In this document: positions 45,539 through 55,707 of the stretch, piece by piece
Position numbering within the stretch: position 1 is the stretch's first letter
How the letters are laid out: every line of letters starts with the position of its first letter
Assembly: GCA_036825855.1 (NCBI GenBank)
Contig: DAISXL010000001.1
Coordinates: 1 to 56,493 of the forward strand
Direction: 5' to 3'
DNA length: 56,493 nucleotides
Source of the DNA: Yoonia sp.
GTDB taxonomy: Bacteria > Pseudomonadota > Alphaproteobacteria > Rhodobacterales > Rhodobacteraceae
Notes under the pieces: model-generated
What the model saw: the letters and a program-made list of their open reading frames with translations, nothing else
What the model was told of the DNA's origin: nothing
Database searches by the model: none
Position numbers and translations under genes: made by a program

Positions 45539-46492
45539 TTAACGCCGCAGCGGGCGCTGTAAACTGGCTGGCGGCTCTTGCGCATCACGCCACAGCATGA
45601 ACAGCCCCGCCGCCATGATCAGCGCCATGCCAAGGTAATCGGTCAGCGCCGGATATTCGTCGAACACCACCATGCCCCAGACCACCGCCATCGGCAGGGC
45701 GAGGTATTCGAAGGGGGCGACAAACGACGCCTCGGTCACGCGGTAAGCCTGCGAAATCAGGTATCCGGCAAAGGCCGTGCCTGCCCCAATCACCAGAAAC
45801 ACCGGCATATCCGCCATCTGTGGCCAGTCCCATGCGCGCAGCAGGAATGCGAGCGAGGGGTCGGACTGGTCCGCAAACTGGCCCCAGCCCACGCTCAGCC
45901 CCATGGCGGTGCAGACCACGATGAATACGATCTGGATATAGAACGCCATCGTCGCCGCACTTTCCGTGCCGCCGATCCGGCGCGTCAGCACATGCATCGC
46001 GGCATAGCAGGTCGCCGACACCAGAGGCAGCACCGAGGCCGGTTGAAACGCCGCCGTGCCCGGGCGCACCATGATCAGCACGCCCGCAAAGCCCAGCGCA
46101 ATCGCGGCCCAACGGCGCGGCCCGACCTTTTCGCCCAGAAACAGGACCGAAAAGATCGTGATCACCAGAGGGCTGATGAAAAAGATCGCCACCGCCTCGG
46201 CCAGCGGCATGGCGGCAAGGGCCAGAAAGAAGGTCAGGTTGGCAAAGACCACAAAGCCGCCGCGCAAAAGGTGCATTTTCAGTCGCTTGGTGCGCGCGAT
46301 GGCAAAACCGCTCGTCATGGGGGCGATGATTGCAAGGATGAAGGCCACCCCGATGATGGACCGGATCAGCACCACCTGATGCAGGGCATAGCCATCGCTG
46401 AGCGATTTGATCGCCACGTCATTGGCCGAAAAGAAAACCACCGCCAGCACCGCGCAAAGCGCGCCAAGCGCCTTGGGCGACAGCGGTGTCAT
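45539..46492 (-). CDS. DMT/EamA family transporter
   Basis: About 10 TM helices; [26 protein letters not shown]. Confidence 0.92.
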   Translation of the reverse strand: MTPLSPKALGALCAVLAVVFFSANDVAIKSLSDGYALHQVVLIRSIIGVAFILAIIAPMTSGFAIARTKRLKMHLLRGGFVVFANLTFFLALAAMPLAEAVAIFFISPLVITIFSVLFLGEKVGPRRWAAIALGFAGVLIMVRPGTAAFQPASVLPLVSATCYAAMHVLTRRIGGTESAATMAFYIQIVFIVVCTAMGLSVGWGQFADQSDPSLAFLLRAWDWPQMADMPVFLVIGAGTAFAGYLISQAYRVTEASFVAPFEYLALPMAVVWGMVVFDEYPALTDYLGMALIMAAGLFMLWRDAQEPPASLQRPLRR

Positions 46493-46935
46493 GCCTTGGC
46501 CGCCGCCCGGACCATGCGTTCCAGCGCGTCAAGGAACCGCGCGCGGTCGGCCTTGCTGAACGGTTTGCCGCCGCCTTGGCGGAACGGGTCGGCGGCGCGC
46601 ATGTCGGCCATCAGGTCACGCGTTGCCAGCACATTGCCGATATTGGCCTGCGTCAGCGGCTCGCCGTTGTGTTTCAGCACCAAGGCACCGTTTTCGATGC
46701 AGCGCGCGGCAAGGGGGATGTCGCCCGTGATGACCACATCGCCTTTGGTCGCGCGGTCCGCGATCCATATATCGGCCACATCGGGGCCGTCCGGCACCAC
46801 CACCGTTTCGACCAGCGGATTGGCCGAAGGCCGGATGCCGCCGTTCGAGACGACGAACATCCGCAGCCCATGGCGTGTGCCGACGCGTTCCACCTCTGCC
46901 TTCACAGGGCAGGCGTCGGCGTCGATGTAGATCAT
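46489..46935 (-). CDS. YaiI/YqxD (UPF0178) family protein
   Basis: [28 protein letters not shown]...DR.RF...L. Confidence 0.93.
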   Translation of the reverse strand: MIYIDADACPVKAEVERVGTRHGLRMFVVSNGGIRPSANPLVETVVVPDGPDVADIWIADRATKGDVVITGDIPLAARCIENGALVLKHNGEPLTQANIGNVLATRDLMADMRAADPFRQGGGKPFSKADRARFLDALERMVRAAAKA

Positions 46936-47762
46936 GCGTAAAGCGCCTGCGCATGGAAATCGACGTGATCTTCGATGAAGGTCGCGATGAAGAAATAGGA
47001 ATGGTCATAGCCCTTTTGCAGGCGCAACACCCCGTCCTGCCGCCGCGCGGCCATGGCACCGGCCAGATGTTCGGTGCCCAAAAGATCGCCGAACTGGTCT
47101 GCGGTGCCGGTGTCGATCAGCACGGGGCCATCGAAACCTTTGTCTTTCATCAGCAACGTGGCGTCATGCGCGGCCCAAGTGGATTCATCCGTCCCCAGAT
47201 AGGCGGTGAACTGCTTGCGGCCCCAATCGCTCTGCGTCGGATGGCAGATCGGCGCAAAGGCCGACACCGACCGGAACCGCCCCGGCAGGCCCATCGCCAG
47301 CGTCAGCGCGCCATGTCCGCCCATCGAATGGCCGGTGATGGCTTGGCGGTCCATGTCGAGCGCGAAATTGGCCGCGATCAAATCGGGCAATTCTGCGCTG
47401 ACATAATCCCACATCTGGAAATGGGGTTTCCAAGGGTCCTGCGTCGCGTTCACATAGAACCCCGCGCCCTGCCCCAGATCATAAGCCTCGTCATTGGCGA
47501 CCCCTTCGCCGCGCGGCGATGTGTCGGGGAACACGACCGCGATCCCCTGTTCGGCGGCCCAGCCTTGTGCGCCCGCCTTGATCATCGCGTTTTCATGGGT
47601 GCAGGTCAGCCCCGACAGGAACCACAGCACCGGCACGGGGCCGATGGCGGCCTCTTCCGGCAGGAACAGGCCGAATGTCATGTCCACGCCGCAAGCGTCC
47701 GATGCATGGCTATAGACGCCCTGTGTGCCGCCAAAGCAGCGGTTTTCCGCGATTGTTTTCAT
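46932..47762 (-). CDS. fghA: S-formylglutathione hydrolase
   Basis: [56 protein letters not shown]. Confidence 0.96.
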   Translation of the reverse strand: MKTIAENRCFGGTQGVYSHASDACGVDMTFGLFLPEEAAIGPVPVLWFLSGLTCTHENAMIKAGAQGWAAEQGIAVVFPDTSPRGEGVANDEAYDLGQGAGFYVNATQDPWKPHFQMWDYVSAELPDLIAANFALDMDRQAITGHSMGGHGALTLAMGLPGRFRSVSAFAPICHPTQSDWGRKQFTAYLGTDESTWAAHDATLLMKDKGFDGPVLIDTGTADQFGDLLGTEHLAGAMAARRQDGVLRLQKGYDHSYFFIATFIEDHVDFHAQALYA

Positions 47763-47771
47763 CTGTCTGTC

Positions 47772-48707
47772 CTATCCCATAAATCCCGTGACCCAGCCGA
47801 TCACCAGCGACACCGTCACCACGCTGCCCGCCGTCGATAACAGGATCGACGCCGACACGCGCGCCGGTGCCACGCGGTAATGCTGCGCCAGAATGAACAC
47901 ATTGCCCGCCACCGGCAGGGCGGCGGCCGCGATCATCACACCTGCAGCGTAGGGGTCGATTGTAAACACCAAAAGGGCGGCAATGGCCACCGCCGCAGGA
48001 TGCAGCACCAGCTTGCAGAACGTCAGCCAGCCAGCGACCGCGACGCGTTCGGCCGATTTCGTGGCCAGTGATGCACCGATGGCGAACAAAGCGCCGGGTG
48101 TTGCGGCAGCCCCCAGCAGGACCAGAAATTCGTTCACAGGCACCGGAACAGCCCAGCCAAAGGACGACACCGTCAGCCCCAAGGTGATCGACACGATCAT
48201 CGGGTTCTTGATCAGCCCGGTGAACACCGTGACAAGGATCACAGGCGACATGCGCCCGTCGCGCGATCCGGTGATCAGGATCACGATCAGACTGCCGAAC
48301 ACGATCAGATCGACGGCGAGCACCAGCATGATCGGGCCGATCGCGGCCTCGCCCAACAGCAGCACCAGCATCGGGATGCCAAGGAAACCGACGTTGCCGA
48401 TCACGGCGCATTGCGCCTCGACCGCGGCTTCGGTCATGGGGCGGTTGCGGCGCAGCGCGACCAAAGTGGCCAGCACATAGACCACCGATGTCCCCGCCAG
48501 ATAGGCAAAGACAAACTGCCAGTCGAGGATTTCATCAAGCGACAGGTTGGCCGAAAACCGGAACAGCATTGCCGACAGGGCAAAGTAAAAGACGAATTTC
48601 GTCAGATAGGCGGTCGCTTCGGCGGAAAAGAACTTGGTCCGGCCTGAACCATAGCCAAGGGCGATCAGCATGAAGAACGGCAACGTCTTGAGAAAGATAT
48701 CCCACAT
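47772..48707 (-). CDS. AEC (auxin efflux carrier/malate permease) family transporter
   Basis: FVFYFAL.AMLF, GNVGFLGIP, KNPMI, A.P.ALFAIG, KLVLHP, LPVAGNV. Start at ATG 48707. Confidence 0.92.
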   Translation of the reverse strand: MWDIFLKTLPFFMLIALGYGSGRTKFFSAEATAYLTKFVFYFALSAMLFRFSANLSLDEILDWQFVFAYLAGTSVVYVLATLVALRRNRPMTEAAVEAQCAVIGNVGFLGIPMLVLLLGEAAIGPIMLVLAVDLIVFGSLIVILITGSRDGRMSPVILVTVFTGLIKNPMIVSITLGLTVSSFGWAVPVPVNEFLVLLGAAATPGALFAIGASLATKSAERVAVAGWLTFCKLVLHPAAVAIAALLVFTIDPYAAGVMIAAAALPVAGNVFILAQHYRVAPARVSASILLSTAGSVVTVSLVIGWVTGFMG

Positions 48708-48711
48708 GCGC

Positions 48712-49647
48712 CTAGTCGAACGTCCGGCTGGCGCGCCCAAGCAGCATGAAGGCCCGCGCGGTGCGTGTTTCGGCCAGTTCCAGCAGGTCGGTATCGGTGG
48801 CGTGTTCCTCGAACGTGACAAGGATTTCGTCGAATCGGCGCAGGAAATGGTGCACGGCGTCGCGGAAAATCGTGTCCTCGCGCATGCGGGCGGCCACCAG
48901 CGACAGCGCAGCATGGTCACGCACGGCGCCCAGACCGTCCATGCTCTGCCCGCGTTCCCCTTTGGCAAAACGCCGCCAGAGATCGGCGCTGGCAGGCTCG
49001 GGGCGCAAGTCGTCCATATAGATGCCGTCCTGCGACAACAGCGTCAGCACATCCTGACTGGCCTGCACCAGACGGCGCGCGCGCCTGTCGCGCAAGGCAC
49101 GACGCAGGGCGGCGAACCCATCGGTGTCATCCTGATTTTCGGGAAAGTTCAGCGCGCGCACCAGATCGGGGCGTTCCAGCGGCGGATCGTCATCCTCGGG
49201 TCCGGGACCAAGGGCAAGGGCTGGCTGGTCGGGCTGGCGCTGCGGGGCGGCGCGCGGCACGATCAGGCGCGACACCTCGCGGCGCGAGGCAAAGCGCGAT
49301 GTCGTGGAGTCGGGTTTGGGCTCTGCGACGGGGGGCGACAGCGGGGCGGCGGGGGCCGCCTGCGCGTCGATGATCGCCTTTTGCACCAAGGCGAGCGCCA
49401 CCTGCAGGCGGTGTGTTTCAGACGCCATCCGCCGCGCGGCACGGGCGTTGACCAATGCGATCCACCCCATGCCGACAGGCACGGCCATCACCAGCAGCAT
49501 CACGACGTGACGCAAACCCCCAGCCTGCGACGGCAGAAACCAGAACGCCAGCCCGACCGCTGCGACCCACAGCACGGACAGCCCGACAGCAGCGGTGTCT
49601 GTCAGGACGATACTCTGCGGTTGGTCGGTGTGCGGCCCCTGCGCCAT
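48712..49647 (-). CDS. Conserved hypothetical membrane protein
   Basis: Two N-terminal TM helices, a Pro-rich linker, then RALNFP...D..GF.ALR, QD.LTLLSQDGIYMDDL, TRTARAFMLLGR. Confidence 0.8.
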   Translation of the reverse strand: MAQGPHTDQPQSIVLTDTAAVGLSVLWVAAVGLAFWFLPSQAGGLRHVVMLLVMAVPVGMGWIALVNARAARRMASETHRLQVALALVQKAIIDAQAAPAAPLSPPVAEPKPDSTTSRFASRREVSRLIVPRAAPQRQPDQPALALGPGPEDDDPPLERPDLVRALNFPENQDDTDGFAALRRALRDRRARRLVQASQDVLTLLSQDGIYMDDLRPEPASADLWRRFAKGERGQSMDGLGAVRDHAALSLVAARMREDTIFRDAVHHFLRRFDEILVTFEEHATDTDLLELAETRTARAFMLLGRASRTFD

Positions 49648-49661
49648 GCAATGCCCGCTTT

Positions 49662-50132
49662 CTATTTATAGGTGATCTTCAAAATCTCGTAGCTGCGCAC
49701 ACCGCCCGGTGTGCTGACATCGATGCTGTCGCCTTCAACCTTGCCGATCAAGGCGCGCGACAGGGGCGATTTCATGTTCAGCTTGCCGCTTTCGATATCG
49801 GCCTCGTATTCACCGACGATCTGGTAGGTCTTTTCTTCGTCGGTGTCCTCGTCGACCAGTTCGACCGTCGCGCCGAACTTGACCGGACCGGACAGTTTCG
49901 ACGGGTCGATCACCTCGGCCAGCGAAATCACGCCTTCCAGCTCTTTCACACGCCCTTCGATAAAGGACTGCTTTTCCTTGGCGGAATGGTATTCCGCGTT
50001 TTCCGACAGATCGCCATGTTCGCGCGCCTCGGAGATCGCGCGGATGATCGCGGGGCGCTCCACGGTCTTGAGATGCTTCAACTCGGCATCGATCTTGTCG
50101 AAACCCGCACGGGTCAGTGGAATCTTTTCCAT
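49662..50132 (-). CDS. greA: Transcription elongation factor GreA
   Basis: [46 protein letters not shown]. Confidence 0.98.
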   Translation of the reverse strand: MEKIPLTRAGFDKIDAELKHLKTVERPAIIRAISEAREHGDLSENAEYHSAKEKQSFIEGRVKELEGVISLAEVIDPSKLSGPVKFGATVELVDEDTDEEKTYQIVGEYEADIESGKLNMKSPLSRALIGKVEGDSIDVSTPGGVRSYEILKITYK

Positions 50133-50346
50133 TCGGCAGGCCCTCCCGGGCGAAAAATATCAGTCCGACGTTCATAGCCTATCAGGGCAGAGCAAAGTCA
50201 AGGCCTGCCGCGCTCTTGTCGGCGGTGGCACATTTTGACGCCGTGTCTTGATTGCCCCGTGGCTATGCATCAGGTAACGCTTGCCGGGACCGGATAAAAG
50301 GGGGTTGCCCCCGATCCTGACAGGCCCGTTTTCTAAAGGACAGACA

Positions 50347-51993
50347 ATGACCCAGATTGAACGCGAAGCGATGGAATATGATGTCGTCATCGTCGGCGCC
50401 GGCCCTGCAGGGCTGTCGGCCGCGATCCGCCTGAAACAGCTTGATGCCGATCTGAGCGTGGTCGTTCTGGAAAAAGGGTCCGAGGTCGGCGCGCATATCC
50501 TGTCGGGCGCGGTGCTGGACCCTGTCGGCCTGAACAAGCTGATCCCCGACTGGAAGGAAAAAGGCGCGCCTTTGAACGTGCCTGTGACCGAAGACAATTT
50601 CTACATGCTGGGGCAAGCCGGACAGCTGCGCATCCCCAATCTGCTGATGCCGCCCCTGATGAACAACCACGGCAATTACATCGTCTCGATGGGCAATGTC
50701 TGCCGCTGGATGGCCGAACAGGCCGAGGCCTTGGGTGTCGAGATTTTTCCCGGCATGTCCTGTTCGGAACTGGTTTACGGCGCGGATGGCGAGGTAAAAG
50801 GCGTCGTCGCGGGTGAATTCGGCAAGAACCCCGATGGCACCCCCGGCGACGGCTATGAACCCGGCATGGAACTGCACGGCAAATACGTGTTCCTTGGCGA
50901 AGGCGTGCGCGGATCCCTGTCCAAACAGGTGATCGCGAAATACGATCTGGATGCGAAGTCCGACGTGCAGAAATACGGCCTCGGGATGAAGGAAATCTGG
51001 GAAATCGACCCCGCCAAGCACAAGCCCGGCACGGTGACGCATACGATGGGCTGGCCGCTGGACAGCAATGCAGGCGGCGGGTCTTTCATCTATCACCTTG
51101 ACAACAATCAGGTTTATGTCGGTTTCGTCGTCCACCTGAACTATAAAAACCCTTATGTCTTCCCCTACATGGAATTCCAGCGGTTCAAACATCACCCGAT
51201 GGTGGCAGAACTGCTCAAGGGCGGCAAACGCGTGGCGTATGGCGCGCGCGCGATTTCCGAAGGCGGCTATCAGTCGATGCCGCAACTTGCCTTTCCGGGG
51301 GGCGCACTGCTCGGCTGTGCGGCTGGCATGGTCAACGTGCCGCGCATCAAGGGCAACCATAACGCCATGCTGTCGGGCATCGCCGCCGCCGAGGCCGCCG
51401 TTGCCGCGATCAAGGCAGGGCGCAGCGGTGACGCGCTGGACGATTACAACAGCGCCGTGCGCAAGGGCGAGATCGGCAAGGATCTGAAAAAGGTCCGCAA
51501 TGTCAAACCGCTCTGGTCGAAATACGGGCTGATGGCGTCGCTGGGCATCGGCGGCGCGGATATGTGGATGAACACGCTGGGAATCGGCGTTCTGGGCACG
51601 CTCAAGCACGGCAAATCCGATGCTTTGGCGACTGAACCCGCGGCCAAGCACAAACCCATCGACTACCCCAAGCCCGATGGCAAGCTGTCGTTCGACAGGC
51701 TGACCAATGTCGCCTTCAGCTTTACCAACCACGAGGAAAGCCAGCCTGCGCATCTTAAACTGATCGACCCGACGATTCCGGTCGCTGTAAACCTGCCGAA
51801 ATTCGCAGGGCCATCAGCGCGCTATTGTCCGGCGGGGGTCTATGAATTCGTGGGCACGGGGGATGACACGCGGTTCCAGATCAATTTCCAGAACTGCGTG
51901 CATTGCAAGACCTGCGACATCAAGGACCCCAGCCAGAATATCGTCTGGACCGTCCCGCAGGGTGGCGACGGGCCGAATTACCCCAATATGTGA
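50347..51993 (+). CDS. Electron transfer flavoprotein-ubiquinone oxidoreductase
   Basis: DVVIVGAGPAGL, EKGSEVGAHILSGA, YGARAI.EGG, PRIKG.H.AM, CPAGVYE, NCVHCKTCDIKDP. Start at ATG 50347 with AAGGA RBS. Confidence 0.96.
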   Translation: MTQIEREAMEYDVVIVGAGPAGLSAAIRLKQLDADLSVVVLEKGSEVGAHILSGAVLDPVGLNKLIPDWKEKGAPLNVPVTEDNFYMLGQAGQLRIPNLLMPPLMNNHGNYIVSMGNVCRWMAEQAEALGVEIFPGMSCSELVYGADGEVKGVVAGEFGKNPDGTPGDGYEPGMELHGKYVFLGEGVRGSLSKQVIAKYDLDAKSDVQKYGLGMKEIWEIDPAKHKPGTVTHTMGWPLDSNAGGGSFIYHLDNNQVYVGFVVHLNYKNPYVFPYMEFQRFKHHPMVAELLKGGKRVAYGARAISEGGYQSMPQLAFPGGALLGCAAGMVNVPRIKGNHNAMLSGIAAAEAAVAAIKAGRSGDALDDYNSAVRKGEIGKDLKKVRNVKPLWSKYGLMASLGIGGADMWMNTLGIGVLGTLKHGKSDALATEPAAKHKPIDYPKPDGKLSFDRLTNVAFSFTNHEESQPAHLKLIDPTIPVAVNLPKFAGPSARYCPAGVYEFVGTGDDTRFQINFQNCVHCKTCDIKDPSQNIVWTVPQGGDGPNYPNM

Positions 51994-53195
51994 TCGCGGA
52001 TCAACGCGCCAAGGCGGCTGATCCCTGTGTCAATCGTCGCCTCGGAGGCCAAGGAAAAGCTCAGACGGATCGTGTTGCCGCCCGATCCGTCCGCGTGAAA
52101 CGCGCGACCGGGCACAAAAGCCACCCGCGCGGTTTGCAGCGACTTCTCCAGCAACGCGGCCCCGTCAACATGGGCCGGCAGGGTGATCCAGACAAACATG
52201 CCGCCTTCGGGTTTGGTCCATGTCACACCTGCGGGCATGTTCTCGGCCAGTCGTTTCAGCATATGATCGCGCCGCGCGCGATAGGTTGCGCGCAAATTCG
52301 CCACATGATCGGCGAAAACGGTTTCCGCCACCCGCGCGATGGCCATCTGGTTGATCGTTGAGGAATGCAGGTCGGCGGCCTGTTTCATCAGCACCAGCTG
52401 GCTGATCACAGGCTTGGCCGCCACGACCCAGCCCACCCGCAACCCCGGTGCCAGCGTCTTGGAAAAACTGCCGCAATAGATCGTGCGGCAAGCGTCGATA
52501 TCGCCTTTGGCCGCAATTTCCAGCGCAAGGATCGGCGGGATCGCGTCGCCGTCATAACGCAGCGCCTGATAGGCGGCGTCTTCGATCACGGCGATATCCA
52601 GCGCCTCGGCCAGCGCCAGCACGTTGTCGCGGCCCGCACGGTCGATTGTCTCGCCCGTCGGATTGGCAAAATCGACGGACATATAGGCGAATTTCACCGC
52701 CCCGCCCTTGTCCGCCGCCGCCTGCGCATAATCGGCGGGCGCGCGGTTGCCATGGGTATACAGGCGGTCGTAATGCGGCTCATAGGCGTTGAACGCGCCC
52801 AAGGCCCCCAGATAGGTTGGCCAGCTGACAAGGGCGGTATCGCCGGGCGACAGGAACAGCTTGCCCAGATAATCCAAGCCCTGCTGCGACCCTGATGTGA
52901 TCAGGATATTGTCGATCCCGCAGGGCACGCCCAGCCCCGTCATATGATCCGCCAGCCAGCGGCGCAGCGGTGCGTAACCTTCGCTGACGGAATATTGCAA
53001 CGCGTCCTTGTGGTCGCCGGATGCAAAGATATCGGCATAGGCCGCCTGAAACGCCTCTGCCGGAAACAGAGCGGGATCGGGGATGCCACCCGCGAATGAA
53101 ATGATGTCGGGCTGATCCAGCAGTTTCAGCAATTCGCGTATTTCGGATGCCTTCATCCGCGCGATCCGTGTCGCGAACACCTGGTCCCACTGCAT
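51978..53195 (-). CDS. PLP-dependent aminotransferase class I/II (LysN/Aro8-like)
   Basis: S.IRELLK, ISFAGG.P, ITSGSQQ.LD, FANPTG, EDAAY, GSFSK.LAPGLR.GW, PEGGMFVW. Confidence 0.93.
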   Translation of the reverse strand: MQWDQVFATRIARMKASEIRELLKLLDQPDIISFAGGIPDPALFPAEAFQAAYADIFASGDHKDALQYSVSEGYAPLRRWLADHMTGLGVPCGIDNILITSGSQQGLDYLGKLFLSPGDTALVSWPTYLGALGAFNAYEPHYDRLYTHGNRAPADYAQAAADKGGAVKFAYMSVDFANPTGETIDRAGRDNVLALAEALDIAVIEDAAYQALRYDGDAIPPILALEIAAKGDIDACRTIYCGSFSKTLAPGLRVGWVVAAKPVISQLVLMKQAADLHSSTINQMAIARVAETVFADHVANLRATYRARRDHMLKRLAENMPAGVTWTKPEGGMFVWITLPAHVDGAALLEKSLQTARVAFVPGRAFHADGSGGNTIRLSFSLASEATIDTGISRLGALIRDHILG

Positions 53196-53255
53196 GACGT
53201 TCCTCCCCCGCGACCGATCAGCCGGTCACAGGGAAGGATTAGACGTTGCGCGTTC

Positions 53256-53276
53256 TATGTCAACAATGCTGACATA
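53256..53276. promoter_or_regulatory. 21-bp palindromic operator candidate upstream of the aminotransferase
   Basis: TATGTCAACA-A-TGCTGACATA with 9/10 arm pairing, 60 bp upstream of the start codon. Confidence 0.6.
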
Positions 53277-53285
53277 CCTGCGCAA

Positions 53286-54626
53286 TCAGTTTCCGTTGGC
53301 AGCAGCCAGAGGTCCCAACGCGTTCAACCCCTTGAGAATGTCGATCGCATAGGCGAGCTGGTAGTCTTCCTCGCGCAGCTGCGCGGCGGTCTCGGCGCGT
53401 GCGCGTTCCTCCTCGACCTGCCGCAGCTGGTCTTCGGACAGGCCGTTGTTCAGCGCGCCGCGCAGATCGGCTTCGGACCGGGTTACTGGCGCCTCTTCTT
53501 CTTCGGCGCTGGCGGGTTCCGGGCGCGGCTGTTCCACGATGATGTCGGGCGAAATGCCCAAGGCCTGGATCGACCGGCCTGACGGCGTGTAATAGCGCGA
53601 CGTCGTCAGACGCATCGCGCCTTCGCCCTGCAAGGGAACAACGGTCTGGACCGACCCTTTGCCAAAGGAATTGGTGCCCACGATGATCGCGCGGCGATGA
53701 TCCTGCAAGGCGCCTGCCACAATCTCGGACGCGGATGCAGACCCGCCGTTGATCAGCACCACGATGGGCTTGCCTTCGGCCAGATCGCCGGGGGTGGCGT
53801 TGAAGCGGTCGCCATCCTCGGGGTTGCGACCGCGTGTCGAGGTGATCTCGCCCGCGTCAAGGAACGCGTCGGCCACAAAGATCGCCTGGTTGAGCAGACC
53901 GCCCGGATTATTGCGCAGATCGATCACGATGCCGTCGATATTGTCGATCCCGCCCGCAGCCGCGACCTGTTCGGCCATGCCGTCACGCAGATTGGGGAAT
54001 GTCTGTTCGTTGAAGGTCGAGACGCGCAAGACCACGGCATCACCTTCGGTCCGGCTGCGCACGGCCGTCAGCTTGATCGTGTCGCGGATGATCGAGACAT
54101 CGAACGGCTCGACCTCGCCTTCGCGCACGATGGTGATCACGATTTCCGACCCGACCGGCCCGCGCATCAGCGTGACCGCATCATCCAGCGTCAGACCCAT
54201 GACACTTTCGCCGTTCACGGCCGTAATGAAATCGCCCGACATGATCCCCGCGGCATCGGCCGGTGTGCCATCCATGGGCGAGACGACCTTGACCCAGCCT
54301 TCTTCCTGCGTGACCTCGATCCCCAGACCGCCGAATTCGCCAGAGGTCTGCACCCGCATAGCGGCGGCATCCTCGGCAGAAAGATAGCTTGAATGCGGAT
54401 CAAGCGATGTCAGCATCCCGTTGATCGCAGCCTCGATCAGCGCCTTGTCGTCGACTTCCTCGACATATTCGGCGCGGATCCGCTCGAAGATATCGCCGAA
54501 CAGGTCAAGCTGTTCATAAACGCTGCCCGTCCCACTCTCCTGCGCCAGCAGCGGTCCCGCCACCTGACTTGTGACCAGAAGCCCCAGCACGGCACCGCCT
54601 GTCGCGGCCATCATCAGCTTTTTCAT
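53286..54626 (-). CDS. ctpA: Carboxyl-terminal processing protease (S41)
   Basis: LDPHSSY, PDZ GLGIEV, DLRNNPGGLL, SASASEIVAGALQD, SFGKGSVQ, YYTPSGRSIQ. Start at ATG 54626 (54638 alternative). Confidence 0.95.
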   Translation of the reverse strand: MKKLMMAATGGAVLGLLVTSQVAGPLLAQESGTGSVYEQLDLFGDIFERIRAEYVEEVDDKALIEAAINGMLTSLDPHSSYLSAEDAAAMRVQTSGEFGGLGIEVTQEEGWVKVVSPMDGTPADAAGIMSGDFITAVNGESVMGLTLDDAVTLMRGPVGSEIVITIVREGEVEPFDVSIIRDTIKLTAVRSRTEGDAVVLRVSTFNEQTFPNLRDGMAEQVAAAGGIDNIDGIVIDLRNNPGGLLNQAIFVADAFLDAGEITSTRGRNPEDGDRFNATPGDLAEGKPIVVLINGGSASASEIVAGALQDHRRAIIVGTNSFGKGSVQTVVPLQGEGAMRLTTSRYYTPSGRSIQALGISPDIIVEQPRPEPASAEEEEAPVTRSEADLRGALNNGLSEDQLRQVEEERARAETAAQLREEDYQLAYAIDILKGLNALGPLAAANGN

Positions 54627-54639
54627 CGGTTTTCCCATT

Positions 54640-55707
54640 CTATTCCAGCGCGAACCATGCATCCGGATTGATCGAACCTTGCCCGCCCCTGACCTCAAGA
54701 TAAAGGGGTTGCGTGGTTTGGCCCGCGTCAATCGCCTGATTGTGACCAAGCCTAGCGTCATCCATGCCCACGTCCCCCCCCATGAGACCAAGTGGCGCAC
54801 CGGCATCGATGATCTCGCCCGGCTCGCCAAAGGCTTCGGCCATGCCTGCGATCACGAACAGGACATCTTCGGCCGGTTCCAGAATGACGACATTGCCATA
54901 ATCCAGCAAGGGCCCACGAAACAGGACCGTGGCGCGCACGGGCGAGGTGACCAGCGCGCGCGGGGCTGCGGCAATGGTGATACCGGGGCGTTCGCGGTTG
55001 CCGGTGCTGATGATCCCCGCCACGGGCAAAGGCAGGTCTGCCGAAGGCTCCTCCGCCTCATCCCCGGGCAAACTGAGCGCCGCGAGTTCCGACGCCAGTG
55101 CCGCCAGCGTTTCGGCCGTCGCGACACGTTGCGCGCTTTGCGCCGGGTCCTCGGCAAAGCGGCGCGGCACATCCTGCCGTTCCGAGATCGCGCGCCCCAA
55201 GGCGGCCCGCGCGGTCTGGGCAAAATCCAGCCCCTCGCGCAGCATATCCGCCGCCGCGACCCGCCGGTCGCGCAGGTCGCGCAAGGTGTCAAGCTCGCCC
55301 TGCAACCGCGCCACGTCATCGCGCAAGGCAGGCGTCAGATCGGCGATCATCATGCCCGCACGCAAGGCGCCTACCGGCCCTTCGGGATTGGCCAGCATCA
55401 CAGGCTGCGGGCTTTGCCCGATGCTGGCCAGCACCATCAACAGCCCCGCAATCTCGTCCCTGCGGGCGGTCAGTTCAGCGGCCAGCACAGCCTCGCGCGC
55501 GGTGAGGTCGCGCAGGCTCTGGCGCATCGCGATCAGCCCGGCCTCATAGGCCTGCACGGTCTGGGTCAGGGCTGTGACCTGATCGGCCGCCCCTTCCGCC
55601 GCGCCAAGCCGGGCATTGGCGGCGAGCAGTTGCTGCGCGGCATCATCGGCGGTTTGCTGGGCCGCGACAGGCAGCGCCAGCAGGATCAGGACTGCGGCCC
55701 ATCTCAT
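54640..55707 (-). CDS. envC: Murein hydrolase activator EnvC family (coiled coil plus degenerate M23 domain)
   Basis: Signal peptide, coiled coil, LPVAG...RPG......P.ALV.SP....V.F.GPL.DYGNVVILE, LYLEVR....INP..W. gpmI-envC-ctpA order. Confidence 0.88.
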   Translation of the reverse strand: MRWAAVLILLALPVAAQQTADDAAQQLLAANARLGAAEGAADQVTALTQTVQAYEAGLIAMRQSLRDLTAREAVLAAELTARRDEIAGLLMVLASIGQSPQPVMLANPEGPVGALRAGMMIADLTPALRDDVARLQGELDTLRDLRDRRVAAADMLREGLDFAQTARAALGRAISERQDVPRRFAEDPAQSAQRVATAETLAALASELAALSLPGDEAEEPSADLPLPVAGIISTGNRERPGITIAAAPRALVTSPVRATVLFRGPLLDYGNVVILEPAEDVLFVIAGMAEAFGEPGEIIDAGAPLGLMGGDVGMDDARLGHNQAIDAGQTTQPLYLEVRGGQGSINPDAWFALE

